A stretch of DNA of 64,000 nt from Octopus bimaculoides. Taxonomy: Eukaryota. A program made the translations under genes and the position numbers. Positions 63,961 to 64,000 of the stretch are shown here, one piece after another. The DNA is taken from NCBI RefSeq assembly GCF_001194135.2, contig NC_068982.1, positions 55,663,070-55,727,069 of the forward strand, in the 5' to 3' direction. The first letter of the stretch is position 1. Every line of letters begins with the position of its first letter. The notes beneath the pieces are model-generated. The model did no database searches. It saw nothing but the letters and a program-made list of their open reading frames with translations, and had not been told where the DNA came from.

Positions 63961-64000
63961 ATCTCTCACTTTCTGTCACTCTCTCTCACCTGTGTCTTCT

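Noticed and set aside
55021-64000. ARL6IP1 exon 3
   Set aside because: I checked acceptor-like sites (e.g. ~59150, 60240, 60810, 62415) and the 55158-55397 ORF. None gives the expected LDPSVL...DY-like peptide in phase 2, so it is presumably beyond the window.

Overview
Repeat-saturated, AT-rich animal genomic DNA from a gapped draft assembly. The SINE families, (TA)n/(CA)n load and gene structure suggest a cephalopod (Octopus-like) genome; this is an inference. One host gene is well supported: ARL6IP1 (ER-shaping membrane protein) on the + strand. Coding exon 1 is 11511-11549 (MAEICENEMHEEK) and exon 2 is 54884-55020 (HNNELNELMKDMEGWRAALLRLNGVVDWDRPYHPLVLLAPITIIF). They are separated by a ~43.3-kb intron, and exon 3 was not found in the window. 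The rest is mostly transposon debris: a piggyBac remnant, a near-full-length DD34D mariner, four DD37D (maT-type) derivatives, a Tc1 element with D36E spacing (Incomer-like), several RTE-type LINE fragments, at least four tRNA-type SINE or LINE-tail families (labelled A-D and F here; the labels are mine), many MITEs and microsatellites. The most unusual structure is a 220-bp palindromic element with head-to-head telomere-type (TTAGGG)/(CCCTAA) arrays. It is inserted with an apparent 6-bp TSD into a larger ~670-bp palindrome, about 0.7 kb upstream of the ARL6IP1 start codon. Almost all long ORFs in the supplied track are artefacts of N-gaps or microsatellites. Repeat boundaries were read by eye and are approximate (about +/-10-30 bp) unless TIRs or TSDs are quoted.
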